Source: a bacterium
Lineage (GTDB): Bacteria; UBA8248
Reading direction: 5' to 3'
NCBI GenBank assembly: GCA_965207065.1
Contig: OZ242260.1
Span: 1,920,001 to 1,984,000, forward strand
DNA length: 64,000 nucleotides
Position numbers and translations under genes: made by a program. Below the pieces are notes generated by a model that was not told the DNA's origin, did no database searches, and worked only from the letters and a program-made list of their open reading frames with translations. Shown in pieces: positions 51,780 through 60,385 of the stretch (its first letter is position 1; the number at the start of each line of letters is the position of its first letter).

Positions 51780-51809
51780 AAAGCCCCCTCCCTGTGAGGG
51801 GGCTTTTTT
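51780..51809 (+). terminator. Intrinsic terminator after hflC
   Basis: AAAGCCCCCTC...GAGGGGGCTTTTTT. Confidence 0.85.
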
Positions 51810-52095
51810 CGTGGTGCGTGGTTTCTGAAAAGCGCCTGATGCTTTTTCGGGCCTTTCAGAATCTTGGGGCCCCGCAGGGGGCCCCTTGGTGGGATAGGGG
51901 CATCCTCTGGAAGGAAAGGGCAGGCGATGCCCGGAAGGATGACTCTGCCGCCCGTCATCACGAACAACGTCAACGACTTGCCTGCAAAAATTACTTTTCC
52001 AGCGAAGATGAGGGGCGGATGCGCCTACCTGAACTCGTTGCGGAGTGACTATTTCTGCTACCCTTAATTATCAGTGTAGGTCGATTATTACCGAT

Positions 52096-52278
52096 TGTCA
52101 ATAAATTTAGCACAAAATATAGCATATTTTTTTCCTGCTACACAAGATATTGGGTTGATAAGGCGATCTTACCCACAGGTTATCCAGATGGGGGCAATCA
52201 AATTAGCGCATATAAAGCAATCAGTTACGGAGATTCTATATATGGTGTCGCGATGAATTGTGGATACAATATCTTGAG
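52096..52278. promoter_or_regulatory. AT-rich cluster of DnaA-box-like and NrdR-box-like sites
   Basis: TGTCAATAA, TTACCCACA, TTATCCAGA, TGTGGATAC; two pairs of C(A/T)A-ATAT-G palindromes spaced 30 and 31 nt. Confidence 0.5.
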
Positions 52279-52423
52279 ATGAAAAAGGGCGTTTTCTGGT
52301 TGATTCCTGGATTGTCTCCGCTCGTTCAGGGTAGTAATCCGGCGTCCGAACACATCCGAAAGCGCGTGAAACGACGAGGCTGCGGATACCTCGCCGAAAC
52401 GTCTACCCAGGGGGAACCCCCCG

Positions 52424-52786
52424 CTATCCGTTTCTCAGGTAATCATCGCTCCCGTCGACCCAGTCTTCGCGGATGGGGCTGAAGATGTCGTAGTCTAACG
52501 CAGGTTCATCGCCCACGACTTCCACGGAATGGGGGACGTGCGGGGGGATGAGGAGCATTTCCCCCGGCCCGATTTCCACGGTCTCATCGTCGATGAAGAA
52601 GCGGAGCCTTCCCTGGAGGACGTGGGATATCTGCTCGTGCTCATGGCTGTGCATGGGCACCACGCAGCCGGGTTTGAGCTTGAGCCAGCAAATCATCTCC
52701 TTTTCGCCCACCACCATCTTTCGCGAAAGATGGTCGGTCACGATCTCCTCGGGCATCTCATCCCAACTGTATCTTTGGGCGCGCAT
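52424..52786 (-). CDS. Cupin domain protein
   Basis: PMHSHEHEQ, IPPHVPH, DIFSPIRED. Confidence 0.88.
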   Translation of the reverse strand: MRAQRYSWDEMPEEIVTDHLSRKMVVGEKEMICWLKLKPGCVVPMHSHEHEQISHVLQGRLRFFIDDETVEIGPGEMLLIPPHVPHSVEVVGDEPALDYDIFSPIREDWVDGSDDYLRNG

Positions 52787-52848
52787 GGTTCATCTCCTTG
52801 GGGTCGGGTGTGATTCGCTTATGGAAGGCGGCGTAACCCGCCGGTGCG

Positions 52849-53127
52849 TTATTGCTTGTATTCGGGGAGCGTCCTGCTGAAACCCTCCCGCATCACACGG
52901 CCTTTCTTGAGCACGTAATAGCCCTCGCCATACCGGATGACGCTGGTGAGTGGGGGGATCCGGCATTCTTTCGAGATGATCAGGTTTTCCTGAGTCTCAT
53001 CGCGCGGGAGATAGCGCTCCGCGTCTTCATCGGACAGATGGATATCGCGGTTGCAGGCACCGGCCGCCTTTTCGTATTCGCCTTGCAGCTTGATGGTCTT
53101 GCATTCACAAGTAATCGCGTTGCTCAT
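52849..53127 (-). CDS. Small hypothetical protein
   Basis: AGGAG RBS before MSNAITCEC; four Cys. Confidence 0.55.
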   Translation of the reverse strand: MSNAITCECKTIKLQGEYEKAAGACNRDIHLSDEDAERYLPRDETQENLIISKECRIPPLTSVIRYGEGYYVLKKGRVMREGFSRTLPEYKQ

Positions 53128-53353
53128 CGAGGGTCTCCTGTGCTCATCGAGAGCCTTCTGGAAAAGTGAGCCTATGCTAAAAAGGGGGCCTCGCGGTGTC
53201 AAGACCGCCGGGGTGAAAATCGCAAAGATCATCGGCGCAAAGACTCGAGGAGGCCCGATTCGGTTTGAATTGTCCTCCCCGCAAGGGTATAAAAGGTCTG
53301 GTTTCGGGACTCATCATCTCAGGTTTTTCGTTTCATTCCAGGAGGGCGCATTC

Positions 53354-53854
53354 ATGCCACGTATGACGGACAAGATGATCGACTCGGGCGATCCATTCCC
53401 GAGCCTCGAGGTGGACCAGGCGGGGGGAGGCAAAATCTCCCTTCCCGGCGATCTCGCGGGCGATTGGGGAGTGGTTCTGCTCTACCGCGGACACTGGTGA
53501 CCGTACTGCAAGCAACAGCTTACGGCCTTCGACAGAGCGGCGAAGCTCAAAGAAGAAGGCGTCAAGGTTGTTGCAGCCTCCGTGGACACGGAGGAGAACG
53601 CGAAGGGAACGATTGAAGAGTGCGGCATCAACTTCCCCGTTGGCTATGGTTTGGACAACAAGCATATTTCCGAACTCACCGGTTGTTTCTATGAGGAAAA
53701 ACGCCAGATCATTCACAGCACGGGCTATGTCCTGAAGCCCGACGGTACGGTCGCCGTGGCCGTCTACAGCACGGGACCCATCGGCCGCCTCGTGTGGCAG
53801 GACGTGGTGGGTCTGGTGCAGTTCCAAAAGAAGATGATGGCCTCCCAGGGCTAG
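53354..53854 (+). CDS. Peroxiredoxin-like (AhpC/TSA) selenoprotein 1, UxxC
   Basis: YRGHW-TGA(53498)-PYC; frame continues through the thioredoxin fold; downstream SECIS-like hairpin. Confidence 0.85.
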
Positions 53855-53867
53855 CGCGCATCTTTTG

Positions 53868-53901
53868 AACACCCCCTCGGGTTTCGAGGGGGTGTTTTTT
53901 T
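53868..53901 (+). terminator. Intrinsic terminator
   Basis: AACACCCCCTCG...CGAGGGGGTGTTTTTTT. Confidence 0.85.
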
Positions 53902-54006
53902 GCGCGCACGTCCGGCGGGCCGGTTTTCAGAGCCTTTCATGGGATGTAACATCCCGGGCACATGAAACGGCCGCATTCATCAACTTGAACCGGATTGGAG
54001 CGCATC

Positions 54007-54537
54007 ATGCCGAAAGTGAACCAGTTCTTCCTCGACACCGGGGATGATTTCCCGAATCTCGAGATTCCCAGGGTGGGCGGCGGCAAAATCTCCCTGCCCG
54101 ATGACCTGCTGGGCGCGTGGGGCGTCGTGCTGTTCTACCGCAGTGATTGGTGACCCTACTGCGTCGCACAGATGGCGGCATTCTCCCGGGCGGGAGAAAG
54201 ACTCGAAGCAGAGGGCATCAAGGTCGTCTCGGCATCCACCGACCCCGAGGAGGAGGCGCTTCAGTCCATCGAAGCCGGCAAGGTGAATTTTCCGGTGGGC
54301 CACAGCGTGGACCCCGCGCAGATCTCGGAAGCGACGGGCGCTTTCTATGCACCCGAGGCGGGCGATAAGCCGAGGCCGTTTCTTCACGCCACCAACTTTC
54401 TGCTCTCACCGGACGGAAAGGTGAACATCTCGCTCTACAGCTCGGGCCCCCTGGGGCGTCTCGTCTGGCAGGACGTCATCCAGGCCGTGCAGTTCCGAAA
54501 GAAGCGGATGCAGGACGCCCAGGCGCAGCAGCAGTAG
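54007..54537 (+). CDS. Peroxiredoxin-like (AhpC/TSA) selenoprotein 2, UxxC
   Basis: YRSDW-TGA(54151)-PYC; paralogous on both sides of the TGA; TTCTCCC-GGGC-GGGAGAA hairpin. Confidence 0.85.
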
Positions 54538-54539
54538 AG

Positions 54540-54573
54540 AAAAAAAGCCGGTGGGATGGCCCACCGGCTTTTC
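54540..54573. terminator. Bidirectional terminator
   Basis: AAAAAAAGCCGGTGGG...CCCACCGGCTTTT between convergent genes. Confidence 0.85.
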
Positions 54574-54585
54574 TCGTTCAGCTCG

Positions 54586-54972
54586 CTAGTTCTTGAGACG
54601 CTCGTACACCTCGTCCGCATCGGACGCCTTGTTGTAGTCCTGATCCAGCGTGCCGTCGCCGGCCGGGCTCTTGACCGCGAAGAATTTCGCCGGCCCCTCG
54701 GTGATGTGGATGCCGTGGCGCGTGTTTCTGGGAATATGCACCAGATCGCCTGCGCCGATCTCGCGTACCTCCTCACCGCAGATCATGTTCATCTTTCCCT
54801 CGAGCATCAGGATGTACTGCTCCTCGTTGGGATGAAAGTGCGGCGGCGGGCCGTCTCCCTGGGGATATATCACCCAGCCCACCTTCATCAACTCACCCGC
54901 CGTCGCGTGGCTGGTGGCGGGGCCTACTTTCGAGGAGCCTTGGGGCAAGTCTTCCATTCTGTAAAACGGCAT
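54586..54972 (-). CDS. Cupin domain protein
   Basis: PPHFHPNEEQ, GDLVHIPRNTRHG. Confidence 0.88.
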   Translation of the reverse strand: MPFYRMEDLPQGSSKVGPATSHATAGELMKVGWVIYPQGDGPPPHFHPNEEQYILMLEGKMNMICGEEVREIGAGDLVHIPRNTRHGIHITEGPAKFFAVKSPAGDGTLDQDYNKASDADEVYERLKN

Positions 54973-55001
54973 TCAAAATCTCCTTGGTCTTGGATGTAAC
55001 C

Positions 55002-55394
55002 CTATAAGGTGGATTCCAGTTTTTCCCGCGCCTCGTCGGCGTCTTCGGCCTTGTTGTAGTCCTGATACAGGTCGCCGTCGCCGGCGGGGCTCTTCACCGT
55101 GAAGAAGGCGAACGGCCCCTCGGTGATGCGGAGGCCGTGGCGCTCGTTGCGGCGGATGTGCACCAGGTCGCCCGGGCCGACGACGCGGGTCTCATCCCCC
55201 AGGATCACGTTCGCCTCCCCCGACATCACCAGCAGGAACTGCTCCTCGTTCGGGTGGTAGTGAGGCGGCGGGCCGCCGTCCGCGGGATAGGTGATCATCC
55301 CGGCCTTCATGAGCTCACCGGCGACGCTTTGCGTTTGGGCCTTGCCCATGTCGATGTGCTTCGTTTCCATCTCGGATATTCTGTAAAATGGCAA
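55002..55394 (-). CDS. Cupin domain protein (tandem paralog, TTG start)
   Basis: PPHYHPNEEQ, KSPAGDG; GGAGG RBS before TTG. Confidence 0.82.
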   Translation of the reverse strand: MPFYRISEMETKHIDMGKAQTQSVAGELMKAGMITYPADGGPPPHYHPNEEQFLLVMSGEANVILGDETRVVGPGDLVHIRRNERHGLRITEGPFAFFTVKSPAGDGDLYQDYNKAEDADEAREKLESTL

Positions 55395-55411
55395 GTCCAG
55401 GTTCCTCCCTT

Positions 55412-56092
55412 TCAATCGAGACGCGCGACCACGCGAGCGGGCGCACCCTCGATCCTGTAGAGTTTCATGGGAAATGCGAACATCTCGAATTCGGTCTCCT
55501 CGAAAGTATCGAGGTTGATGACGTGCTCGATGAGCGGAACGCCCCGGCCCAGCACGGCGCGGTGGCCGGGGGAGTCCTCGTGGTGCACCACGGAGTCGGG
55601 CTGCATGCCCGGGTCGATGGCGTGGTCCATGCAAAGGGCCTTCATGCCGCAATCGCAAAGAAAGCGGCACGCCTCCTTGTCGAGGTAGGGGTTGGGACCG
55701 AAGTAATCGGGCGTGAAAATCTTCTCCTTCGACCAGCCCGTCCACGAGACGGCGATGGCGCCGTCCAGGCGTTCTGCCTGAAATCCGGGACTCGATTCGA
55801 GCATCGCCTGCGTGATGGGGCTCGCCTCGCGCGCGGTTCCTCTCAAATCTATCTTCACGGCGCGGCCGCAGAAGGTCTCGAGCGGCATCTCGTCGATAGT
55901 GACGCCGTCGGGGTAGAAATGATTCGGCGCGTCCAGGTGCGTTCCCTGGTGGATCGCCATCCGGACCGCGCTGTTCTGCCGGCCGTGCGAGGGATGTTCG
56001 TGAAACTGCCAGTATTCCACCGGGGGAAAGGTCGGCACCTCGCAAAGGTCGGGATGCCCCAGGGGGGCGGTGAGGTCAATCAATCGGCTCAT
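55412..56092 (-). CDS. Cyclase family (kynurenine formamidase-like) metal hydrolase
   Basis: HQGTHLDAPNH, GAPARVVA. Confidence 0.88.
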   Translation of the reverse strand: MSRLIDLTAPLGHPDLCEVPTFPPVEYWQFHEHPSHGRQNSAVRMAIHQGTHLDAPNHFYPDGVTIDEMPLETFCGRAVKIDLRGTAREASPITQAMLESSPGFQAERLDGAIAVSWTGWSKEKIFTPDYFGPNPYLDKEACRFLCDCGMKALCMDHAIDPGMQPDSVVHHEDSPGHRAVLGRGVPLIEHVINLDTFEETEFEMFAFPMKLYRIEGAPARVVARLD

Positions 56093-56957
56093 GGGCTTCC
56101 TCCGTCGATTTGGCGACTGAAAGATGGTGCTTTCTGAAAAAATCATGGATGAGGGCGAGCACCGCCTCGGGCCTGTCCAGTTGCGCGTAGCGGCCCGCAC
56201 CTTCGATGATAAGGGATTCGCAACGGGGAATGCCGGCGGATAGGGTTTGAACGTCCTCGTGGTATTCGGGGTCTTCCTCGCCCGTGAGCGCGAGGGCGGG
56301 GCAGGCGACTTCGCCGAGGCGCTCCGTGAGGTCGGGTGCCAGAAGCTCCGCGTATCCCGCCGAGGCGTATCCCGAAGGGTCGCCCCGCAGGAACAGGCGG
56401 TGATGCTCGGCGCGCTCCCTCGGGATCATGCCCCTGGGTTCCCTGCCTTCGCTTTTCCTGTTCCGGTAGGCCTCCTGCATCTCGCCCGCCTCGGCCAGGT
56501 GGATGCGCTCGGCGACGCCTCTGCGCACGCTCTTGGCGGCGGGCGCCGCTCCCGTCGCGATGAGGATGAGCGCGCCCGGCAGGAGGGGTTGTTCGACCGC
56601 GAGCAGGAGCGCGGCCCGCGCGCCCAGGCCGTGCCCGACCAGGACGGGCCGGTTCAAGCCCAGGCGGATGGTGACGTGTCCGATGTCACCAGCCATCTCT
56701 TCGAGCGTGTATTTGCCCTTCGGACTCGAGGAGCGCCCGTGGCCCCTCGGCTCCATGGCGACCACGCGGTGCATGCTCGAGAGCGTGGGGACGATCTTGC
56801 GCCACACCCATGTCGCATCGCCCAGGCCCGGAATGCAGAGGACCGGCGTGCCGTCTCCTGATGACTCATAGCACAGGACGATTGCCTCATCCGCCCCGGG
56901 AGGGCTGATGTTCAGGTATCTCGCCGTGCGGGAGGACTCGCCTGCGATTCGGATCAT
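56076..56957 (-). CDS. Alpha/beta hydrolase fold protein lacking canonical catalytic residues
   Basis: PRGHGRSS, LVGHGLG, TGEED, GAGRY. Confidence 0.8.
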   Translation of the reverse strand: MIRIAGESSRTARYLNISPPGADEAIVLCYESSGDGTPVLCIPGLGDATWVWRKIVPTLSSMHRVVAMEPRGHGRSSSPKGKYTLEEMAGDIGHVTIRLGLNRPVLVGHGLGARAALLLAVEQPLLPGALILIATGAAPAAKSVRRGVAERIHLAEAGEMQEAYRNRKSEGREPRGMIPRERAEHHRLFLRGDPSGYASAGYAELLAPDLTERLGEVACPALALTGEEDPEYHEDVQTLSAGIPRCESLIIEGAGRYAQLDRPEAVLALIHDFFRKHHLSVAKSTEEAHEPID

Positions 56958-57715
56958 GCCTGGAGCGCTGCCAGTTCTTCAATCAGCCCGCGCAGGCGCG
57001 CGGATACGGCCTCGAAGTATTGCGCCCCGTTTTCCGCCGTGGCCGCCGTGGGCATGCCCGCTACCCCCGAGGGCGCGCGGTTTCTGTTGAAATCCACCGG
57101 GCGGAAGAGCATTCCGCGGTGATGCATGTCCTTCGTCCCCAGGGGATGGGGGTTCGCGTTGATTTGATCCACCGCCTCGTCCATGTTCACCAGGTCGGGG
57201 CGCAGGTGGAGCATCATGGCGGTTTCGAACTCCCCGCTGTGCGCCATGCCGCCGACGGGCGATTTTCTGATCTCGCCAGAGATTTCGTTTCCCAGATGGA
57301 AGTAGGTGATCATCCAGATGGCGAGCTCGATGTCGTAGCCGATGTCGTTCAGCGTGGCCTGGAGCGGCTGCACGTTGCCGCCGTGACCGTTCACGACGAA
57401 TATCTTTTTATACCCGTGATGGGCGACGGAGCGGATGATGTCCTTGATGAGGGCGACGTAGGTTTCCAGCCGCAAGGAAATGGTTCCCGGATACTCGAAA
57501 TGGTGGTGCGACGTGCCCGTCCACACCGTGCGGGTCAGCAGCACGTTGTCCAGGCCGTCCACCGCCTTTTTGCAGACGTTCTCACAAAGGAGCGTATCCA
57601 CCACGACGGGGCTGTGCGGACCGTGCTGTTCCATCGAGGCGAAGGGGATGACGACCACGGCCCCGTTTTGGGCCATTTCCTTGTGCTGCGGCCAACTGAG
57701 TTCTTCCCAAAGCAT
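56954..57715 (-). CDS. Creatininase family amidohydrolase
   Basis: EQHGPH, PGTISL, NGHGGN, HSGEFET. Confidence 0.9.
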   Translation of the reverse strand: MLWEELSWPQHKEMAQNGAVVVIPFASMEQHGPHSPVVVDTLLCENVCKKAVDGLDNVLLTRTVWTGTSHHHFEYPGTISLRLETYVALIKDIIRSVAHHGYKKIFVVNGHGGNVQPLQATLNDIGYDIELAIWMITYFHLGNEISGEIRKSPVGGMAHSGEFETAMMLHLRPDLVNMDEAVDQINANPHPLGTKDMHHRGMLFRPVDFNRNRAPSGVAGMPTAATAENGAQYFEAVSARLRGLIEELAALQA

Positions 57716-57880
57716 AGGGGCATCCTTCAAAATTGTGTGAGTGATGGGTAAGGCCTCAAGCCTCTCAGGTTTTTCCGCATCCGGCAAGAGCCGAGCCTCA
57801 AGCGCGGGAAACACTTCCCCCGCTTGCCAGCGGTTCCGATTCGTGGTCTTTTAGGGGCCGCGAGAAAAACGGATGGAGAA

Positions 57881-58387
57881 ATGCAAGTGTATTCGACCGA
57901 TCAGATGAGAGAAGACGAGCACTGGATGGAAGAGGCGCTGGCGCTGGCCCGGATGGCCGAGGAGGCGGGCGACGTGCCCGTAGGCGCGCTGGTGGTGCGC
58001 GAGGGCAGGGTGCTGGGGCGTGGTTACAACAGGCGGGAGGCCGCCTGCGACCCCACCGCGCACGCGGAAGTCCTGGCGCTCAGAGAAGCCGCCGAGACCG
58101 ACGGCATCTGGCGGCTCGACGGCGCGACCTTGTACGTCACCCTGGAGCCGTGCCCGATGTGCGCGGGCGCGGTCGTCAACTCGCGGATCGCGCGGCTCGT
58201 CTTCGGGGCCACGGACCCCAAGGGCGGGGCCTGCGGTTCTTTGTTCGACATTCCCTCGGACCCGCGCGTGAACCACCGCGTGCCGATAACCTCGGGCATA
58301 CTGGCCGAGGAGAGCGGCGCCATGCTGCGCGCCTTTTTCGAGGAGCGACGCCGCATCGCCCGCGAGGCGAGACAGGCCGCGCGCTGA
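57881..58387 (+). CDS. tadA: tRNA adenosine(34) deaminase
   Basis: VPVGA, DPTAHAE, TLEPCPMCAGA, DPKGGA; adjacent to tRNA-Ser. Confidence 0.93.
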   Translation: MQVYSTDQMREDEHWMEEALALARMAEEAGDVPVGALVVREGRVLGRGYNRREAACDPTAHAEVLALREAAETDGIWRLDGATLYVTLEPCPMCAGAVVNSRIARLVFGATDPKGGACGSLFDIPSDPRVNHRVPITSGILAEESGAMLRAFFEERRRIAREARQAAR

Positions 58388-58402
58388 AGATACGATCCAT
58401 AC

Positions 58403-58494
58403 GGAGAGGTGGCCGAGTCCGGTTTAAGGCGGCAGACTCGAAATCTGTTGTGCAGGTAACTGCACCGGGGGTTCGAATCCCTCCCTCTCCGCCA
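58403..58494 (+). tRNA. tRNA-Ser(CGA)
   Basis: GGAGAGG acceptor, anticodon loop CTCGAAA, long variable arm, GTTCGAATC, CCA end. Confidence 0.95.
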
Positions 58495-58757
58495 TATTCA
58501 TACGGGCAGGCACAGGCGGGAAATTCGAGTTTCTCGCAGCCTTTTTCTATATTCGCGCTTCGTCCGCCAGAGAATCCACCACTTCGATATCCGTCGCGTC
58601 GAAGTTCACCCGGGCGATTGTTCCTGCACCCAGCGCGCAGACGCATCTTCGCTGCTGAATTCATGAAAATTCGATAATTCAATCTCTCGATTCCTTCCTC
58701 GAACAAGCTGCGGGCGCAATGCGGCTCTCGGGATATCCGGAGACATCCGGCGGACGA

Positions 58758-60017
58758 TCACGGGCGAGCGGCGGCATCCCGGCTGCGCTTTTCGCCGCCG
58801 CCCTCGGCCCATCTCATGGCGGCGTAGGTCCCCGCTCCAAAGACCCCGAAAGCGGCCATCAGGGCGTAGATGGTTCCATCGAAACTGTGGCCCACGAGCG
58901 CTCCGAATGGCACCGAGATAAAGGTGGAGAGCGAAGCCACCACTCCCGCTCCCACCCCGGCGATGTGGCCGAGGGGTTCCATGGCGAGCGCATTGAGATT
59001 CCCGAAGAGGAGTCCGATGCAGAGAAAAATGACGAGCAGGCAGGTCATGAACAGCCAAAACGGAGGGAGTCCCTCGAAGGCGAAGGCCAGCGTCCACGAA
59101 ACGGCCGAGACCAGCGTCAAGGACACCGTCGCCATCCTCGAGAGCCGGCGCATCCCGTACTTCATCACGAGCCACCCGTTCACGAGCGAGGCGCCTCCGA
59201 AGGCGAGCGCCAGCATGCCGAAATAGACCGGGAACAGCACGCCTGTCCCGTAGGCCTCCTGGAAGATTTGCTGGGAGGAACTGAGGTAGGCCACGAACGG
59301 CGCGAACACGCATCCGGTAGCCACGGTGTATCCGAGCGCGGCCCGAATCCGCAGCGCCTCCAGGGCGGCGCCGCCGACCGCGCGCGGGGAGAGGGGCCGC
59401 CGGCGGGCGGGGGGCAGGGTTTCCGGCTGGCGAAGTGAAAACCATGCGAACGTGAACGCAGCGATGATGAAGAAAGCTGCGAATATCGCACGCCAGCCGC
59501 CCAGCCACTGTATCCCCTGTCCGAGGACTGGAGCGACGGTGGGAACGAGAATGAAAACGGCCATCGCAAACGACATGAGACGCGCCATCTGCCGTCCTTC
59601 GTATTGATCGCGCACCAGGGCGACGGTCACGATGCGCGGTCCCGCGATTCCGATGCCCTGCAGTATGCGGCCTGCAATCATCACCTCGAAAGTGTGTGCG
59701 AAGATGCTCATGACGCATCCCAACATGAACAAGACGAGGCCGGCATTGATGGAGGGCTTGCGTCCGATTCCGTCAGAGAGAGGCCCGAAAACGATCTGCC
59801 CGAGGCCGAGGCCCAGGAGCACGGCCGTGACGACGAACTGAACGTCGTTTCTGCGCGGTGCCCCGAGGTCGTGGCCTATCGCGGGCAGCGCCGGTAGTAT
59901 CGCGTCGATAGCGAGCGCGACGAGTGCCATCAGAAGGGCGACGAGGGGAACGAATTCGCCGGGGCGAAGGGCGGGTTTGATGGTCGCTTTGCTCATTTTT
60001 CCTCCCAGGCTGTCCAT
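58758..60017 (-). CDS. Bcr/CflA-family MFS efflux transporter
   Basis: LAIDAILPALP, GPLSDGIGRKP, GRILQG; multiple TM segments. Confidence 0.9.
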   Translation of the reverse strand: MDSLGGKMSKATIKPALRPGEFVPLVALLMALVALAIDAILPALPAIGHDLGAPRRNDVQFVVTAVLLGLGLGQIVFGPLSDGIGRKPSINAGLVLFMLGCVMSIFAHTFEVMIAGRILQGIGIAGPRIVTVALVRDQYEGRQMARLMSFAMAVFILVPTVAPVLGQGIQWLGGWRAIFAAFFIIAAFTFAWFSLRQPETLPPARRRPLSPRAVGGAALEALRIRAALGYTVATGCVFAPFVAYLSSSQQIFQEAYGTGVLFPVYFGMLALAFGGASLVNGWLVMKYGMRRLSRMATVSLTLVSAVSWTLAFAFEGLPPFWLFMTCLLVIFLCIGLLFGNLNALAMEPLGHIAGVGAGVVASLSTFISVPFGALVGHSFDGTIYALMAAFGVFGAGTYAAMRWAEGGGEKRSRDAAARP

Positions 60018-60138
60018 ACCGTTTGAATCTGTGTCGATTCGATCATGGTCCGCACGGCATCAGCCAGCGCACGGTCACGCACTAGCGCCTCGCGGTCTGA
60101 TACGGAGCCAGTGTCTCACCTTTCACCACTTTATGCGC

Positions 60139-60191
60139 CTCGAAACCTGTTGTGCAGGCAACTGCGCCGGGGGTTTGAATCCCTCTCTCCC
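60139..60191 (+). repeat. Degenerate 3' half of tRNA-Ser (att copy); its CTCTCCGCCA end is displaced to 62137-62146
   Basis: CTCGAAACCTGTTGTGCAGGCAACTGCGCCGGGGGTTTGAATCCCTC vs 58437-58483. Confidence 0.9.
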
Positions 60192-60385
60192 GGGGCTGTT
60201 GAGAAAGCCTTTGTCTGGGGCATCGCCTTTAGCGGGAAGGCCGCTTTCGCGCGAACCCCCGACCCTCCCTCGTCGTAAGCAACCCCCCCTACCTCCCCTC
60301 ATCGGGGTTGTTGTCAAAAGTCTCGATTACGTGATTCGGCGTTTGGAATCAACAGATGAGAGAGAAGAACCACTCCCCCCTTGAG

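Noticed and set aside
55002-56045. 347-aa ORF as a long cupin fusion
   Set aside because: The upstream part overlaps the cyclase gene in another frame; cupin homology starts at TTG 55394.
58403-58494. tRNA-Sec serving the nearby selenoproteins
   Set aside because: The anticodon is CGA and the acceptor stem is a normal 7 bp, so it is tRNA-Ser.
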